Below are positions 36,307-50,769 of a DNA stretch of 64,000 bases, one piece after another (position 1 is the first letter of the stretch; every line of letters starts with the position of its first letter). The translations under genes were made by a program, and so were the position numbers. Origin of the DNA: Mobula hypostoma (lineage: Eukaryota); the NCBI RefSeq assembly GCF_963921235.1, contig NC_086108.1, positions 52,206,001 through 52,270,000 on the forward strand, given 5' to 3'. The notes under the pieces were generated by a model. It worked only from the letters and a program-made list of their open reading frames with translations, did not search any database and was not told the origin of the DNA.

Positions 36307-38542
36307 AGAAAAAAATACTCAGACATCTAGATAGACATGGCTGCTTGAAGGATGAAAAAATCCTCCTAGCATCCAGGAGAAGACATAATAGAAACAGAAA
36401 TATGGACCAGGCTGAAACCAAGTGGAAATATGCATACACGTGGAAGGCTTCAACATAGGAAAGAAAAGAAGATGAAAAGCAATGATGCTGTCCCACTTGC
36501 TCCATTAAAAGGATAACTTGTAATAAGGATTGCAAACTGGCCTCTTCAGTGTCTGCATTTTCCTAAATGTAGAATCAATTCCAACAAGGATCAATATTTT
36601 AGAGAGCTCCCCAGAGATTAATTGAAGTAGGTTTGGTCCAATCAGGAGAGCAGGTGTTGTGCTAATGGCAGAGAATGCAACTTGAATTTAAAGCTGCTCA
36701 TACTGTTTAGTTAAAGGAACACTATACTGTATAGTAATGTTGCAAATAGTCTCACTAGTTTCAGGAGTTTTCAGTGCAGTGTAAACATCAGTATGGTACA
36801 ACACAGCTGGAATTGATTATTGAGCCTTTATAGCACTATAGAAATCCATAAGACCATAAGGCATAGGAGCAGAATTAGGCCATTTGGCCCATTGAGCCTG
36901 TTCCCCCATTCCATCATGGCTGATCTATTATCCCTCTCAACCCCATTCTCCTGCCTTCTCCCTGTAACATTTGACGCCCTGTTTACTCAAGAACCTATCA
37001 GCCTCTGCTTTAAATATATCCAATGACTTGGCCTGCACAGCTGTACGTGTGAATTCTACAGAATCACCCCACTCAGAGGCTAAAAAAACTTTGCCCGTCT
37101 GTTCTAAATTGACATCCCTCAATTCTGAGAATATGCACTCTGATCCTAGACTCCCCCATCATAGGAAAATCTTCTCCACATCCACTCTATCTAGGCCTGT
37201 CAATATTCAATAGGTTTCAATGAGATCCTCCACTCCATTCTTCTAAACTCCAGCAAGATTAGGCCCAGAGCCACCAAATGCTCCTCATATTTCATTCCTT
37301 GGATCATTCTTGTGAATCTCTTCTGGACCTCCAATGTCAGCTTATTTTTCTTAGATAAGGGACCCAAAACTGCTCATGATATTCCATCTGCAGTCTGACC
37401 AATGCCTTATAAAGCCTCAGCATTATATCCTTGTTTTTATATTCTAGCCCTCTCTAAATGAATGCTAACATTGCATTTGCCTACCTTACCACCAACTCAA
37501 CCTGCAAGTTAACTTTTAGGGGATCTGCACAAGTTTTCCCAGGTCTCTCTGCATCTTTGAGTTTTGAATTTTATCTCCATTTAGAAAATAGTCCATGCCT
37601 TTATTCCTTCCACAACATGTATGACCATGCGCTTCCTTACACTATATTCCATCTGCCACTTCTTTGCCCAATCCTCCAATCTGTCGGAATCCTTCCACAG
37701 GAACCCTGCTTCCTCAACATTATCTGCCTCTCCACCTATCTTTTGTATTGTCCACAAACTTGGCCACAAAGCTATCAATTCATTCATCCAAATCATTGAC
37801 CAATGACATGAAAAGAATCAGTTCCAACACTGACCACTGCAGCACACCACTAGTCACCAGCAGCTAACCAGAAAAAGCCCGTTTATACCCACTCTTACTC
37901 CCTGCAAGTCAGCCAGTCATCTATCCATGCTAGTACTTTTCCTATAATAACATAGGCTTTTATCTTCAGCCTCATGTGCGGCATCTTGTCAAAGGCCTTC
38001 TGAAAATCCAAATAAACAATATCTATTGACACTCTGTTCTGCTTTAGAAACCCATGCTTACTTTGCCCTATTTTATCCTGGACCTCCAAGTATCCCGAAA
38101 CCTCATCCTTAATAATAAACTCCAACATCTTTCCAACCACTGAAGTTGGACTAACTGGCCTATAATTGTTTTTTTCTGCCTCCCTCCTTTCCTGAAGAGT
38201 GAAGTGACACTTGCAATTTTCCAGTCCTCCAGAACCATTCCAGAATCTAGTGATTCTTCAACTATCATTACTCATGCCTCCGCAATCTCTTCAGCTACCT
38301 CCTTCAGAACCCTGGGGTATAGTCCATCTTTATTCAGGTGGCTTTTCTACTTTCAGACTTTGCAGCTTCCCAAGTACTTCCTCCTTGGTAATAGCAACAA
38401 CACTCATTTCTGCCCCTTGATACTTTTGCATTTCTGGCATTCTGCTCATGTCTTCTGCAGTGAAGGCTGAAGCAAAATACTTAATTAGTTCCTCTGCTAT
38501 TTCTTTGTCCCCTACTACTACCTCCGCAGCATCATTTTCCAG

Positions 38543-39110
38543 TGAACATAGAACATAGAAATCTCCAGCACATTACAGGTCCTTCAACCCACAATGTTGT
38601 GCTGACTACGTAACCTATTCTAGAAGCTGCCTGGAATTTCCCAACCACAAAGCCCTCTATTTTTCTAAGCTCCATGTAGCTATCCAAGAGTCTCTTAAAA
38701 GACCCTGTTGTATCCGCCTCCACCACCGTCACTGGCAGTGCATTTCACGCACCCACCACTCTCTGTGTGGAAAATCTTACCTCTGACATCCCCCTTGTAC
38801 CTTCTTCCAAGCACCTTAAAACTATGCCCACTCGTGTTAGCCACTTCAGCCCTGGGAAAAAGCCTCAGGCTATCCACACGATCAATGCCTCACATCATCT
38901 TATATACATCTATCAGGTTGCCTCTCATCCTCCATCGCTCCAAGGAGAAAAGACCAAGTTCACGCAACCTATTCACATAAGACGTGCTCTCCAATCCATG
39001 CAACATCCTCGTAAATCTTCTTTACACTCTCTCTACAGTATCCACATCCTTCCTATAGTGAGGTGACCAAAACTGAACACAGTACTCCAAGTGGGGTCTG
39101 ACTAAGGATT
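38543..39110 (-). mobile_element. Younger CR1 3' fragment nested in the CR1 above
   Basis: gaacatagaacatagaa tail, with ORFs LFPRAEVANTSGHSFKV and VVEADTTGSFKRLLD. Confidence 0.8.
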
Positions 39111-39408
39111 GATACCCACTCTGATCCTCTCTTTCACCCTTTATATGTCTGAAAAAGCTTTTTGTATCCTCTTTTATATTATTGGCTAGCTTACATCATA
39201 TTTAATCTTTTCTCTCTTTATGGTTTTTCTTAGTTGCTTTCTGCTGGTTATTAAAAGCTTCCCAATTCTCTATCTTCCAACTAATTTTTCCAATACTTTA
39301 TACCTTCTCTTTGGCTTTTTTGTTGTCTTTGACTTCTCTTGTCAGTCATGGTGTTGTGTATTTAATATTTCAGTAATATTTGAGTAATATTGTAAATGTA
39401 TTGTTTGA

Positions 39409-40890
39409 AAGACTGTGTAGCCCAGCTGACGGAGGTACTGACAGATATATTCAACATCTCTCTGGAACAATCCATTATCTCCTTAGTTTTCAAGGCAGCT
39501 ACCATCATTCCAATGCCAAAGAGGGCGACAGTAACCTGCCTAAATGACTATCATCCAGTAGCATTAACATCAACCATTATGAAATGCTTTGAGCGGCTGG
39601 TCATGGAGCACATTAAAGCCTTTCTCCCGGCTACACTGGACACACTTCCCGTTCACTTATCGCTCATATCGATCCACTGACGATGCAATAACCTCTGCCC
39701 TCCACTCTGTCCTGTCCCACCTGGAAAATGGGGTCTCATATGCCAGACTGCTGGTTATGGACTTCAGTTCAGCATTTAACACCATCATACTCCAGAAACT
39801 GTTCAGGAAACTGGGTCTCAACACCTGCCTCTGCAATTGCATACTGGACTTCTTAACAGTAAGGCAACGGTCAGTGGGTGTGAGCAATGACGTCTCTAGT
39901 CCCATTACACTGAGCACTGGTGCTCCCCAAGGCTGTGTACTCAGCCTGCTGCCATTCCCACTGCTGACACATGACTGTGACGCTGGATCCAGCTCAAATC
40001 GTGTATCAAGTTTATGGATGACACTGCAGTGGTTGGCCTTATCAAGAACGATGACGAGATGGAGTATAGAGAGGAAGGGGAACGGCTGGTTGTTTGGTGT
40101 GAGAAGAACAAACTAAGCCTGAGCATGGAGAAGACAAAGGAAATCGTTGTGGTCTTCAGGAAGGTGCAGACAAACCATCCCCTCTGCAAGTACATGATTC
40201 CTCTGTAGAGAGAGTTAAGTGCACCAAGTTCCTGGGAGTTCATATCATGGATGACCTCACCTGGTCCCTTAATATCACCTCCCTGAACAAGAGGGCACAG
40301 CAGCGCCTCCACTTCCTAAGAAGATTGAGAAGCAATGTTCCCCCAGCGCCCCCCCCCCATTCTTAACTGCATTTTACAGGAGAACCATTGAGAGCATCCT
40401 GACAAGTTGCATCTCCATCTGGTACGGGAGCACTCAAACATTGGACCAGAAATCGCTACAAAGGGCTTTGAGAACAGCTAAGAGGTTCATAGGGGTCTCC
40501 TTACTGTCCATCAGAGACATTTATCAGGAGCGCTGCATATGCAGGCCCTTTAGTATTATTAAAGATCCCACCCATCCATCCAACATCCTCTTTGACTTTC
40601 TACCATCAGGCAGGAGACTACGATGCATAAAAACAAGAACAGTCAGGATGAGAAACAGTTTCTTCTCCCAGCCTTTAATCTGTTCTGTACAATATTTAAT
40701 ATTAATGCACTTTAGTTTGTTATTTATGTGTGATTCATCTGTAAGTTTTATCCTTACCTTCATAAGTTATCGTGTGTTGTGTGTACTACTGTGCTTTACA
40801 CCCTGGTTCAGAGAAATATTGTCTCCTTTCTATATATTATATGGTTATATAGAATATATACATGTATATAGTTAAATGACAATAAACTAG
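39409..40890 (+). mobile_element. Rex1/Babar LINE inserted in the gypsy 5' LTR
   Basis: LTDIFNISL...[49 protein letters not shown] and LPSGRRLR, ending aatgacaataaa. The LTR sequence resumes at ~40891. Confidence 0.9.
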
Positions 40891-43029
40891 ATTAAGAATT
40901 CTTTGTTTAAGTAATCCATTACAGGTTAGATGTAAAAGCAATATATGTAAATAGCATACATCATTATGCCACCATATCATAAATGTATGCCTTGCTAAAA
41001 GTAAAAGCTAAGTAGACACATACCTCCTGGTCTCCCATGTTTTTCATTTGATTAGGTTTATGTTTTTGAGTTTCAAAACATAACAGTAGCAATGAATTAG
41101 TTTTAAAATAAACCCGAGACCTGTTAAAGCGCAGTGAGATGTTCCAGTTTTTAAAAAATTGCAGCAGTGTTTTTTTTCTTCAGAAAGGGACAGAGAAGGT
41201 AGAGTTTTAGAAAAAAGACAGAAAATGGATGAAATGCATGGGTACCAGATGATAATAAATTTTAAAAAACAGAAATGGCTGGAAAGGTAGACACGTTTGA
41301 TTGCACATGTGATAACTGTATATTGTATTCTGAGCAGATAGAGCAGTATTTTGAAGCAAATGAAAAAGCCAGTGAAAAGCGAATGCCAGTTTTGCTGAGT
41401 GCATTGGGTGGAAAGGCATTCAGTTTGCTTAGAAGTTTGACTCTCTAACCAAACCAGCTAAAATGATCTGTGCTAATATCATGAAAGTAATGGAGGAAGA
41501 TTTAGAACTGAAACCATGTTGATTGAAGAAGGCTTTGGCTTTCATTAGTGGAATCAAAAAGAAGGGAAGTCCATTTTAATGTACATGGCTGAATTGAAGA
41601 GATTGAGCATTCTCAGTTCAATGACGGGTTTAATGATGCACTGACATATCATTTAGTTTGTGCAATCTTACAAGAAAGCGATTAAAACAGCAGACAGACA
41701 AAATTGGGTGGCAGTCAGGAATGAAAGTGAACGTGAACAAAATTGCAGTGTATAGACAGAAAGCAGCCTGGCCAAACCTGTTGTATTACTGTTGTAGCAG
41801 GGGCTTACATCACCTGACCAATGTAAGTTTAAAGGCAAAACTTGTGGAAAATGCAAAAAAGTAGGACTCGTACAAAGAGCACGTCAGGCAGACAAAAATA
41901 AATGGACTGCACAGAGTAAATGATAAAAAGTCGAGTCCAGTTTCAAAAAAAGCACAAATGACATTGGTACAACAACCGACAAGCCACATTGGGCTTGTAT
42001 GTGGTGAAAACAGGAGAGCCAGCATTGTGGGGACATGATTGTCTGAGGCAGCTACAACTTGATTGAAAATCCATCACTATTTGCATGCCACATCCCCTGC
42101 AAGAGACACTAAAGGCGAATTAAGAAAGGTACCGGATGATGCCACAGTAGAGTTCAATGATGGCATTGGAAACCTCAAACGTATCAAGGGTTCAACAGTG
42201 TTAAATGAAACTGCCATGTACAAGTTTTGCAAAGCCTGTCTAGTTCCTTACCGCATCTGTGATAAAGTAGCCATTTGGCTAGATCACACGGAGGCTGAAA
42301 GAATTCTTTCCAAAATTGGGAGGAGTCCATGGACAACACCAGTGGTCCCAGTAGCCAAGAAGAATAGGTCTGTCAGGATTTGTTGTTGATTTTAAGGGCA
42401 CTATTAACACTGTACTGAAAGTAGACCCTCTGCCCAGTATAGAGGATATCTTTCAAAACCTTTGGGAGGGATACATTTTAGCAAATTGGATTTAGCTGAA
42501 GTCTACCTACAGATGGAGGTGGAAGAAGGGTCCAAAGTGTTTCTCACCATAGACACTTGCAATGGGCTTTATTGCTACACATTTGTTGGAGTAGCATCTG
42601 CACCTGGACCCTGGCAGAAAGGGATGGACCAGGTGCTGCAAGGCTGCCCAGGCACTCAGTGTTAGCTGCATGGTGTCATTGTTTCTGAAAAGGATAACAA
42701 GGAACATCTCCAAAATATCAAGACAATGTTAAAAAGATTAGAAAATTATGGGCTCAGCGTACAACGCAACATGTGAATTCTTTAAATCAAGCATCACTTA
42801 CTGTGGTCACACTATTGATGCACTAGGATTACACAAGGGTGCTAAGAAAATTTAAGTGGTGATGGGTGTTCCAAGACCAAAGGATTTGTCACAGTTGTGG
42901 TCCTTTTCTGGATACGTCAATTACTATAACAGGTTCCTGCCAAACCTGGCTACTGTGCTCCACCCCTTAAACTCATTACTGCAGATTAGGAAGAAATGAA
43001 TGTGAGGTGGCTTTCAAGAAGGGAAAAGA

Positions 43030-43163
43030 AACATAGAAAATAGGTGCAGGAGTAGGCCATTCAGCCCTTCGAGCCTGCACCGCTATTCAGTATGATCATG
43101 GCTGATCATCCAACTCAGAACCCTATACCTGCCTTCTCTCCATACCCCCCGATCCCTTTAGCC
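43030..43163 (-). mobile_element. CR1 3' tail fragment inserted in gypsy pol
   Basis: aacatagaaaataggtgcaggagtaggccattcagccc...catggctgatc, flanked by agaaa repeats. Confidence 0.75.
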
Positions 43164-45087
43164 AGAAATGGTGATGTCAGACACTGTACTACACATTATG
43201 ATTTATATCGTCCAGTGAAGTTTGCCTGTGATGCCACGCCTTGTGGTATAGGTGCAGTCATGTCATATGAGTGATGGAAGTAAACACCCCATAGATGTTG
43301 CATCATGTTCATTTACTGCTGCAGACAAAAATTATGCACAGATTTAGAGAGGTGACTTGAGTCTGGTTTGGGGTGTAACTCATTTCAACCAGTACTTGTA
43401 TGCAAGAGAGTTTACCCTTATTACTGATTATGAGCCACTGGCGTCCATTTTCAACCACCAGAGGGATATTCCACTAACAGTAGCATCATAAATGCAAAGA
43501 TGGATTCGATTTCATGGAGGACACAATTACAAGATCAAATTCAGTAGAACAGCTAATCGTGGAAATGCTTATGGGCTGTCCTGTTTATGCTTGGAAAAGG
43601 AAATACCGGAAAAATTTTAAAAAGAGTTCACTCCTCTTGACGTATTCTCTCTAATGCAAATTAGAAGTCTCTATTATGGCAGCGATGATCCAAGGGGAAA
43701 CCAGAGAAGACCCCAAACTGCCTCAGGCCTACATGGCCACCAAAAATAGCTGGAATGTTCAGCGGAAATTCCAGTTTTCCCATTTTTACTAGCGCTGAAA
43801 TGAACTTATATGGGGGTTGCCATGTGTGGGGATTGAGAGTTGTTGTACCATCCAAGCTGAGAGCTGAAGTGTTGGAGGAGCTACATGGCACTCATCTAGG
43901 TATGGTCAAAGTGAAAGTGTTGGCTCAAAGCCTTGTCTGATAGTCTAGGATAGATCAGCAGATCGATCAGCTTACCATGCACTGTTTGGGATGCCAACAT
44001 GTCCAGAAGATGCCAAGAGAAGCGCCTCTTCACCCTGGGAATGGTCTGCCTTGCCCTAGCAGAGGATTCATGTGGATTTTTCCAGAGTATTCATGGGCAT
44101 GAACTTTGTAGTAGTAGTGAATGCAGCTACAAAGTGGTCAGAAGTGTTCCCAAAAACCTCCACTAGAGCCGTGCACACTGTTGATGTGTTGAAAAGCCAT
44201 TTCTCAAGGATTGGTGTTCCAGAACACCTGGTGAAAATGGGCCACAGTTTGTTGCCCAACAGTTTCAGTCATTCCTGAAAATAAATGGAATAAGACGTAT
44301 TAATCTGCACCGCACCACCCAGCTCCAAATGGCTCGGCGGAAATGTTTGTCCGGAGTCTAAAGAACAAGGAAGGTCAGCAGAACACACCGTACTAACACC
44401 GAATCAGAAGCTTGCCAATTTCACAGTGCAGCACACTCCACAACCAACAACTCAGCAGCTGTGCTGTTCCTGGGCATTCTTGCACTCACACTTGGGTCTC
44501 ATCAAACCCAGTTTCAGAAGGAAAAACAGCCGAGACAAACTGAGGGCTCCTCAAACAAGAAGGTTTGATGTTCCACTCCTGGACAAGAAGTCCTGGTTCA
44601 GGGCTGCAGAGATGATCAAAGTGGGCACTTGGAAAGAATAGGACAAAACTGGACCACCCTCCTACACAGAGGAGATTTCGTATGATGCATCAATCAGTTG
44701 AAGAGAGCAGAGTCCATTGTTAGAGAAGAAAGGTGTCCACAGCTGTCAGAACCACTTCCTGCAGTCTCAGTCAACTCCTGCAACCACCACGGAGGAAGCC
44801 CTAGTGGATTAGATTGTTTCGCAGCCACAGGTCTCTCCTACCGAGCAGGGTGCCCATGTTTTGTCAGGAAAGACGTTATCTCACAGGAGTAGGAAATCAT
44901 CCACAGTGATTAAATCCTTAGGCCTGAATGGGACAACTTAAAATTTACTATGCTGTAGATGTCTTTATAGTAGTTGTTTTATATAGTACACTGTGTATAT
45001 AGTTGAGTTGTTTTGCTAAGTTGTGTATTTAATATTTCAGTAATATTTGAGTAATGTTTTAAATATATCATTTGATTAAGCATTCTT

Positions 45088-45273
45088 CCTTTCTTTTCCA
45101 ATATTTTTATTAAATGTATTAAATTTCATATACATAAATACAGAATTCATAAGGATACTTATTATAAATCAAAGTAAGGTAGCACATAATGCACTATAAA
45201 TAAATCACACTGATACAATTACAGTATCCCATATTCATGATCAATCAAATAAAATAAATTGAATTATGAAATA
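45088..45273 (-). mobile_element. AT-rich retroposed 3' tail (L1-like) inserted in the gypsy 3' LTR, 10-bp TSD
   Basis: TSD aagcattctt at 45078-45087 and 45274-45283. The - strand ends AATAAA...gaaaagaaagg. Absent from the 5' LTR. Confidence 0.7.
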
Positions 45274-47917
45274 AAGCATTCTTTGTTTAAATAATTAATT
45301 ATGGGTTATACGTGAAAGTATATGAATGGCATATGTCATTATGCCATTTCATTATAAGTGTGTGCTTCACTGTGAAGTAAAAACAAAGTAGACACACATC
45401 TTCGGGCCTCCCATGTTTTTCTTTTCGATTAGATTTATGTTTTGGAGTTACAAAACATTAACAAATGGTTGCCTCATACTCCCTTTAGAATATTACTTCA
45501 TCTTTGGAATGTAACTTTCCTGCACCGTCTGAATTTCCCCCAGAAACACCAGCATTGCTGTTCTGCCTTCATGCCTACTTGTGTCCCCTTCCAATCAACT
45601 TTAGCTAGCTCCTCTCTCTTTACTCCACTGTAATACTGATACAACTGATTTTAGCTTCTCCTTCTCAAACTGCAGGGTGAATTCTATCATATTACGATCG
45701 TTGTCTCCTAAAGGTTCCTTTACCTTAACTCCCTAAACAAATCTGGGTCATTACAAACAGTCACACCCAATCCAGAATTACTGTTCCCCAACTGGGCTCA
45801 AACACAAGCTGCTCTAAAAAGTCATCCCATTAGCATTCTACAAATTCCCTCTCTTGGGAGCTAGCACCAACATGATTTTCCTACATGCCTTTTCTATCTC
45901 CAGTTGTCATTTGTTGCCCACATCCTGTAACTGTTGGTGGTCTCTATATAATTCCTATCAGGGCCTTTTTACACTTGCATTTTCTTAATTCTACCAACAA
46001 AGGTTCTCCATCCTCTGATCCTATATCACCTCTTTCTAAGGATCTGATTTCATTTTTTACCAATAGAGCCATCCCACCCCTTCTGCTTACCTGCACGTCC
46101 TTCCGATATAATGTGCATCCTGGGATGTCGAGCTCCCAACTATGAGCTTCTTTCAGCCAGAACTCAGAGATACCCACGATGTCAGACCTGCCCATCTCTA
46201 ACTGTGCTACAGATCATCTACCTTATTGCGTATACTGCATGCATTTAAATATAACATTCAGTCCTGTATTCATCACCCATGTTGATTTTGGCCCCCTGTT
46301 ACACTTTAACTCATTGAACTGACAGCAATTTTGCCCTGTCATCTGCCTGTCCTTTCCCACAGTCTCACTACACACTACATCTACTTGCATACCAACTGCC
46401 CCATCCTTAACTCTATCACTGCAGTTCCCATCCTCTTGCTATATTAGTTTTCAATTCATTCAACCCCATTCATTGTTATGAGAGCATCTGTATATATTAT
46501 TTTGGGGATATTTTGACACAAGTGTTTAGTGTCATCAGAATATAGCTTCGTAAAATAAGTGGCAAGTAATGTTTATGCCACACAACTGCCAAGTTTACAC
46601 AAGCGAGTCTAATCTAAAAGTCAGTACTCTTCCTGCCATCATTGTCACAGAGCCCTGTGCCATCAATGTCTTGGCAATCATATTTGATGAGGGCCTTTAT
46701 CAACATAATGAGACAAGATAGTTCAGAGGATGGCTATTATGTTGTGGTTCACTAATTTCAGAATTCCCCAAAAACTGACTGGGGTCAGATGCAAAATTCA
46801 CCCAAGTGGCTGTGATGAAAACTAATTTGGTAAGTGCAGAATCAGGCATTAATTCTGCCACCACTGCAAAGTTCTTTTTCTCACAAGTAATGCATCATTA
46901 TACTATTAATAATTAAAACACAAAATAGTCTGTAAAGGAATCTTGTTATCTCTGCTTTAATGCTGTGACTTAACCAAGATGTCAGGGCAAATTAAGCAGC
47001 ATTAAGCAAAGGGAGCTGGTGCTCATCTCGAAGTGTACAGTGGAAAATGGAGGACTGAATTATTTTACCTCGGTGGCATGGGAAGGATTTCTTCAAATGT
47101 GAACTCTGGTGAAAACATAAAAATATTCTCCAAGAATACGTTTATAATTTTATTAAACAATACGAGTATAAAGATTTAAATCATGATGTTAATCTAGGAC
47201 AAAAACATTACACCTTGGCTTCTCAATGTGAAATAACTATTTCATTGTTTGGACGGAGTCATTTTAACCGGTCGTTTTCCCACCAAAGTTTACATTTGGA
47301 CGCATTTCTATTTTGTTTTAAGTTTCTTGGGTAGTGGACTCAAGAATCAAGGCCCTGGGAAGTGTTCTAGAACAGAAACCTCGGGATAAAAATAGATTGT
47401 TCCCTGAAAATGATGATTTAAATTTTTTAAAAGGTGGTAAGAAGGAGAATAACACATTTGCCTTCATCACCTGGGCCTCTGAGTACAAGAGTTGGAACAC
47501 CATGTTACAGCTGCACGTGATGTTGCTTGTACCATACCTGGAGTATTGTGCGCATTTCTTCTTCTTGACTTGGACCCTTAGCTCCCAGTGAAACATAGGC
47601 TATTGATGATCTCCCGTCTCCATCGTTCAAAGTTGATGGTATGGTTGATGTTTATCAATATTTCTGTAATCCATTGTATAGAGAACTGGCCTATACAACT
47701 TCACAGTGTTAGCTAGCCTTCCCCATTTCCACCTCTCATGACAGGCACGTAGGGTTGGACTTTGAGAAGGTTGTGCATTTCTAGTAATTTATTATTTTTA
47801 TTGAGATAGAGTTTGGAATAGGTCCTTCCAGCACTTCAAGCCATGCCACCCAGCAATCCCCCAATTTAATCCTAGCCTAGTCATGGGACAATGACCAATT
47901 AACCTACCAAATGAAAC

Positions 47918-50750
47918 AGAATCAGAATCAGGTTTATTATCACCAGCATATGATGTGAAATTTGTTAACTTAGCAGCAGCAGTTCAATGCAATACATAAT
48001 CTAGCAGAGAGAGAAAAAAATAAATAAACAAGTAAATAAATAAACAAGTAAATCAATTACCACTTTTTCAAAAAGGATATAGGCAAAAGATGGGCCAGTT
48101 AGCTTAACATCTGTAGTCGGGAAAATGCCGACTTAATGCTGTCATTAAGGAAGAAATTGCAAAACGTTTAGAGAGGAGTGGTTCTATTAGACAGACGCAG
48201 CATGGATTCAGAAAGGGCAGGTCCTGTTTGACAAACTTACTGGAGTTCTTTGAGGACGTAATGAGTGCAGTGGATAGAGGGGAACAGGTAGATGTCGTAT
48301 ACTTGAATTTCCAGAAGGCGTTTGATAAGGTGCTGCACAAGAGACTTATAAATAAGATATGGATTCATGAAGTTGGAGGAAGTGCATTGGCATGGATAGT
48401 GGATTGGTTAACCAATAGAAGGCAGAGAGTTGGTATAAATGGGTGTTTCTCCAGTTGGCAGTGAGTGGGGTGCCGCAGGGGTTGGTGCTGGGCCCACAGC
48501 TGTTTACCATTTAATGATGATTTGGAAGAGGGGACTGAGTGTAGCGTAGCAAAATTTGCTGATGACACTAAACTGAGTGGAAAAGCAGATTATACAGGGG
48601 ATGTGGAGAGTCTGCGGAGGGATATAGATAGGTTAAGTGAGTGGGCCAAGGTCTGGCAGATGAAATACAACTTTGGTAATGTGGAATTATCCACTTTGGA
48701 AGGAATAATAGAAGAGCAGATTATTATTTAAATGGTGAAAGGTTGCAGCATGCTGTTGTGCAGAGGGACTTGGGAGTGCTTGTGCATGAATTGCAAAAAA
48801 TTGGATTGCAGATACAACAGGTTATTAAGAAGGCAAATGGAATGTGGGCCTTCATTGCTGGAGGGATTGAACTCAAGAGCAGGGAGGTCATGCTGCAACT
48901 ATACAGGGTACTGGTGAGGCTGCACCTGGAGTACTGTGTGCAGTTCTGGTTTCCATACTTGAGGAGGGATATACTGGGTTTGGAGGCAGTGCAGAGGAGG
49001 TTCACCAGATTGATTCCAGGAATGAAGGGGTTAACTTATGAGGAGAGATTGAGTCGCCTGGGACTGTACTCTCTGGAGTTCAGAAGAATGAGAGGGGATC
49101 TTATCGAAACGTACAAAATTTTGAAAGGGATAGATAAGCTAGAAGTAGGAAAGTTGTTTCCATTGGTAGGTGAGACTAGAACTAGGGGACAATGCCTTAA
49201 TATTCAGGGGAGAAGATTTAGGATGGAGATGAGGAGAAACTTTTTCCCAGAGAGTGGTGAATCTATGGAATTCTTTGCCCAGGGAAGCAGTTGGGGCTTC
49301 CTCAGTAAACATATTTAAGAAATAATTAGATAGATTTTTACATAGTAAGGGAATTAAGGGTTATGGAGAAAAGGCAGGTAGATGGAGCTGAGTTTATGGA
49401 CAAATCAGCCATGATCTTATTGAATAGTGGGCAGGCTCGATGGGCCGGATGGCCTACTCCTGCTCCTACTTCTTATGTTCCTATGTATATTGAACAGATT
49501 TTTAAAAAGTGCAAAAACAGAAATACTGTATATTTTTTAAAAAAGTCAAGTAGTGTCCAAAGATTCAATGTCCATTTAGGAATCAGATGGCTGAGGGGAA
49601 GAAGCTGTTCCTGAATCAGTGAGTGTGTGCCTTCAGGCTCCTGTACCTCCTACCTGATGGTAACAGTGAGAAAAGGGCATGCCCTTGTTGCTGGAGGTCC
49701 TTAATAATAGACGCTGCCTTTCTGAGACACCACTCCCTAAAGATGTCCTGGATACTTTGTAGGCTAGTACCCAAGATGGGGCTGACTAGATTTACAACCT
49801 TCTGCAGTTTCTTTCAGTCCTGTGCAGTAGCCCCTCCATACCAGACAGTGATGTAGCTTGTCAGAATACACTCCACTGTACAACTAGAGAAGTTTTTGTG
49901 TGTATTTGTTGACATGCCAAATCTCTTCAAACTCCTAATAAAGTATAGCTGCTGTCTTGCCTTCTTTATAACTACATCGATACGTTGGGACCAGGTTAGA
50001 TTCTCAGAGATCTTGGCAGCCAGGAACTTGAAGCTGCTCACTCTCTCCACTTCTGATCCCTCTATGAGGATTGGTGTGCGTTCCTTCATCTTACCCTTCC
50101 TGAAGGCCACAATCAGTTCTTTCGTCTTACTGACGCTAAGTGCCTGGTTGTTGCTGTGGCACCACTCCACTAGTTGGCATACCTCACTCCTGTACGCCCT
50201 CTTGTCACCACCTGAGATTCTACCAACAATGGTTCTATCGTCAGCAAATTTATAGATGGTATTTGAGCTGTGTCTAGCCACACAGTCATGGGTATAGAGA
50301 GAGTAGAGCAGTGGGCTAAGCACACACCCCTGAGGTGCACCACTGTTGATCGTCAGTGAGGAGAATATGTTATCTCCAAACCACACAGACTGTGGTCTTC
50401 CAGTTGGGAAGTCGAGGATCCAATTGCAGAGGGAGGTACAGAGCCCCAGGTTCTGCAACTTCTCAATCACGATTGTGGAAATGGTGGTATTGAATGCTAA
50501 GCTGTAGTCAATGAACAGCATCTTGACATAAGTATTTCTGTTGTCCAGGTTGTCTGAAGCCGCGTGAAGAGCCATTGAGATTGCATCTGCCATTGACCTA
50601 TTGTGGTGATAGGCAAATTGGAATGGGTCCAGGTCCTTGCTGAGGCAGGAGTTCAGTCTAGTCATGACCAACCTCCCAAAGCATTTGATCACTGTCGATG
50701 TGAGTGCTCATTAAGGCAGCCCACATTATTCCTCTTAGGCACTGGTGTAA
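47918..50750 (-). mobile_element. Rex1/Babar LINE (RT ORF 49814-50692) with its 3' tail split by a CR1
   Basis: 292-aa ORF LDPFQFAY...[10 protein letters not shown]...[20 protein letters not shown]...KFADD...KTKELIVAFRK, with a (cagaat)n tail at 47918. Confidence 0.9.
48060..49483 (+). mobile_element. CR1 LINE RT and tail nested in Rex1
   Basis: [36 protein letters not shown]...LEAVQRRFTRLIPG, with a ttcttatgttcctatg tail. Confidence 0.9.
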
Positions 50751-50769
50751 TTTATGGATTCATCTTTGG

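Larger units (their letters stand above)
39352..45463 (+). mobile_element. Decayed Ty3/gypsy provirus, Mag-like, with two LTRs (39352-41085 interrupted; ~45019-45463 interrupted)
   Basis: LTRs start (T)GTTGTGTATTTAATATTTCAGTAATATTTGAG and end ...TAACA. 5-bp TSD catgg/aatgg. Gag with twin Cys-knuckle remnants near 41780-41880. RT PWTTPVVPVAKK..SVRIC and FSKLDLAEVYLQM, RNase H CDATPCGIGAV, integrase RVVVPSKLRAEVLEELHGTHLG and HVDF. Many stops and frameshifts. Confidence 0.9.
36835..46450 (-). mobile_element. Decayed CR1 LINE (APE endonuclease to 3' tail) that hosts a nested insertion stack
   Basis: Endonuclease DIVGISEFWLKE...IPGCTLYRKD...RGGMALLVK at 45944-46195, RT remnants at 37581-38268, and a (ccataaga)n tail at 36845. 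Host sequence is contiguous across the gypsy TSD. Confidence 0.85.
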
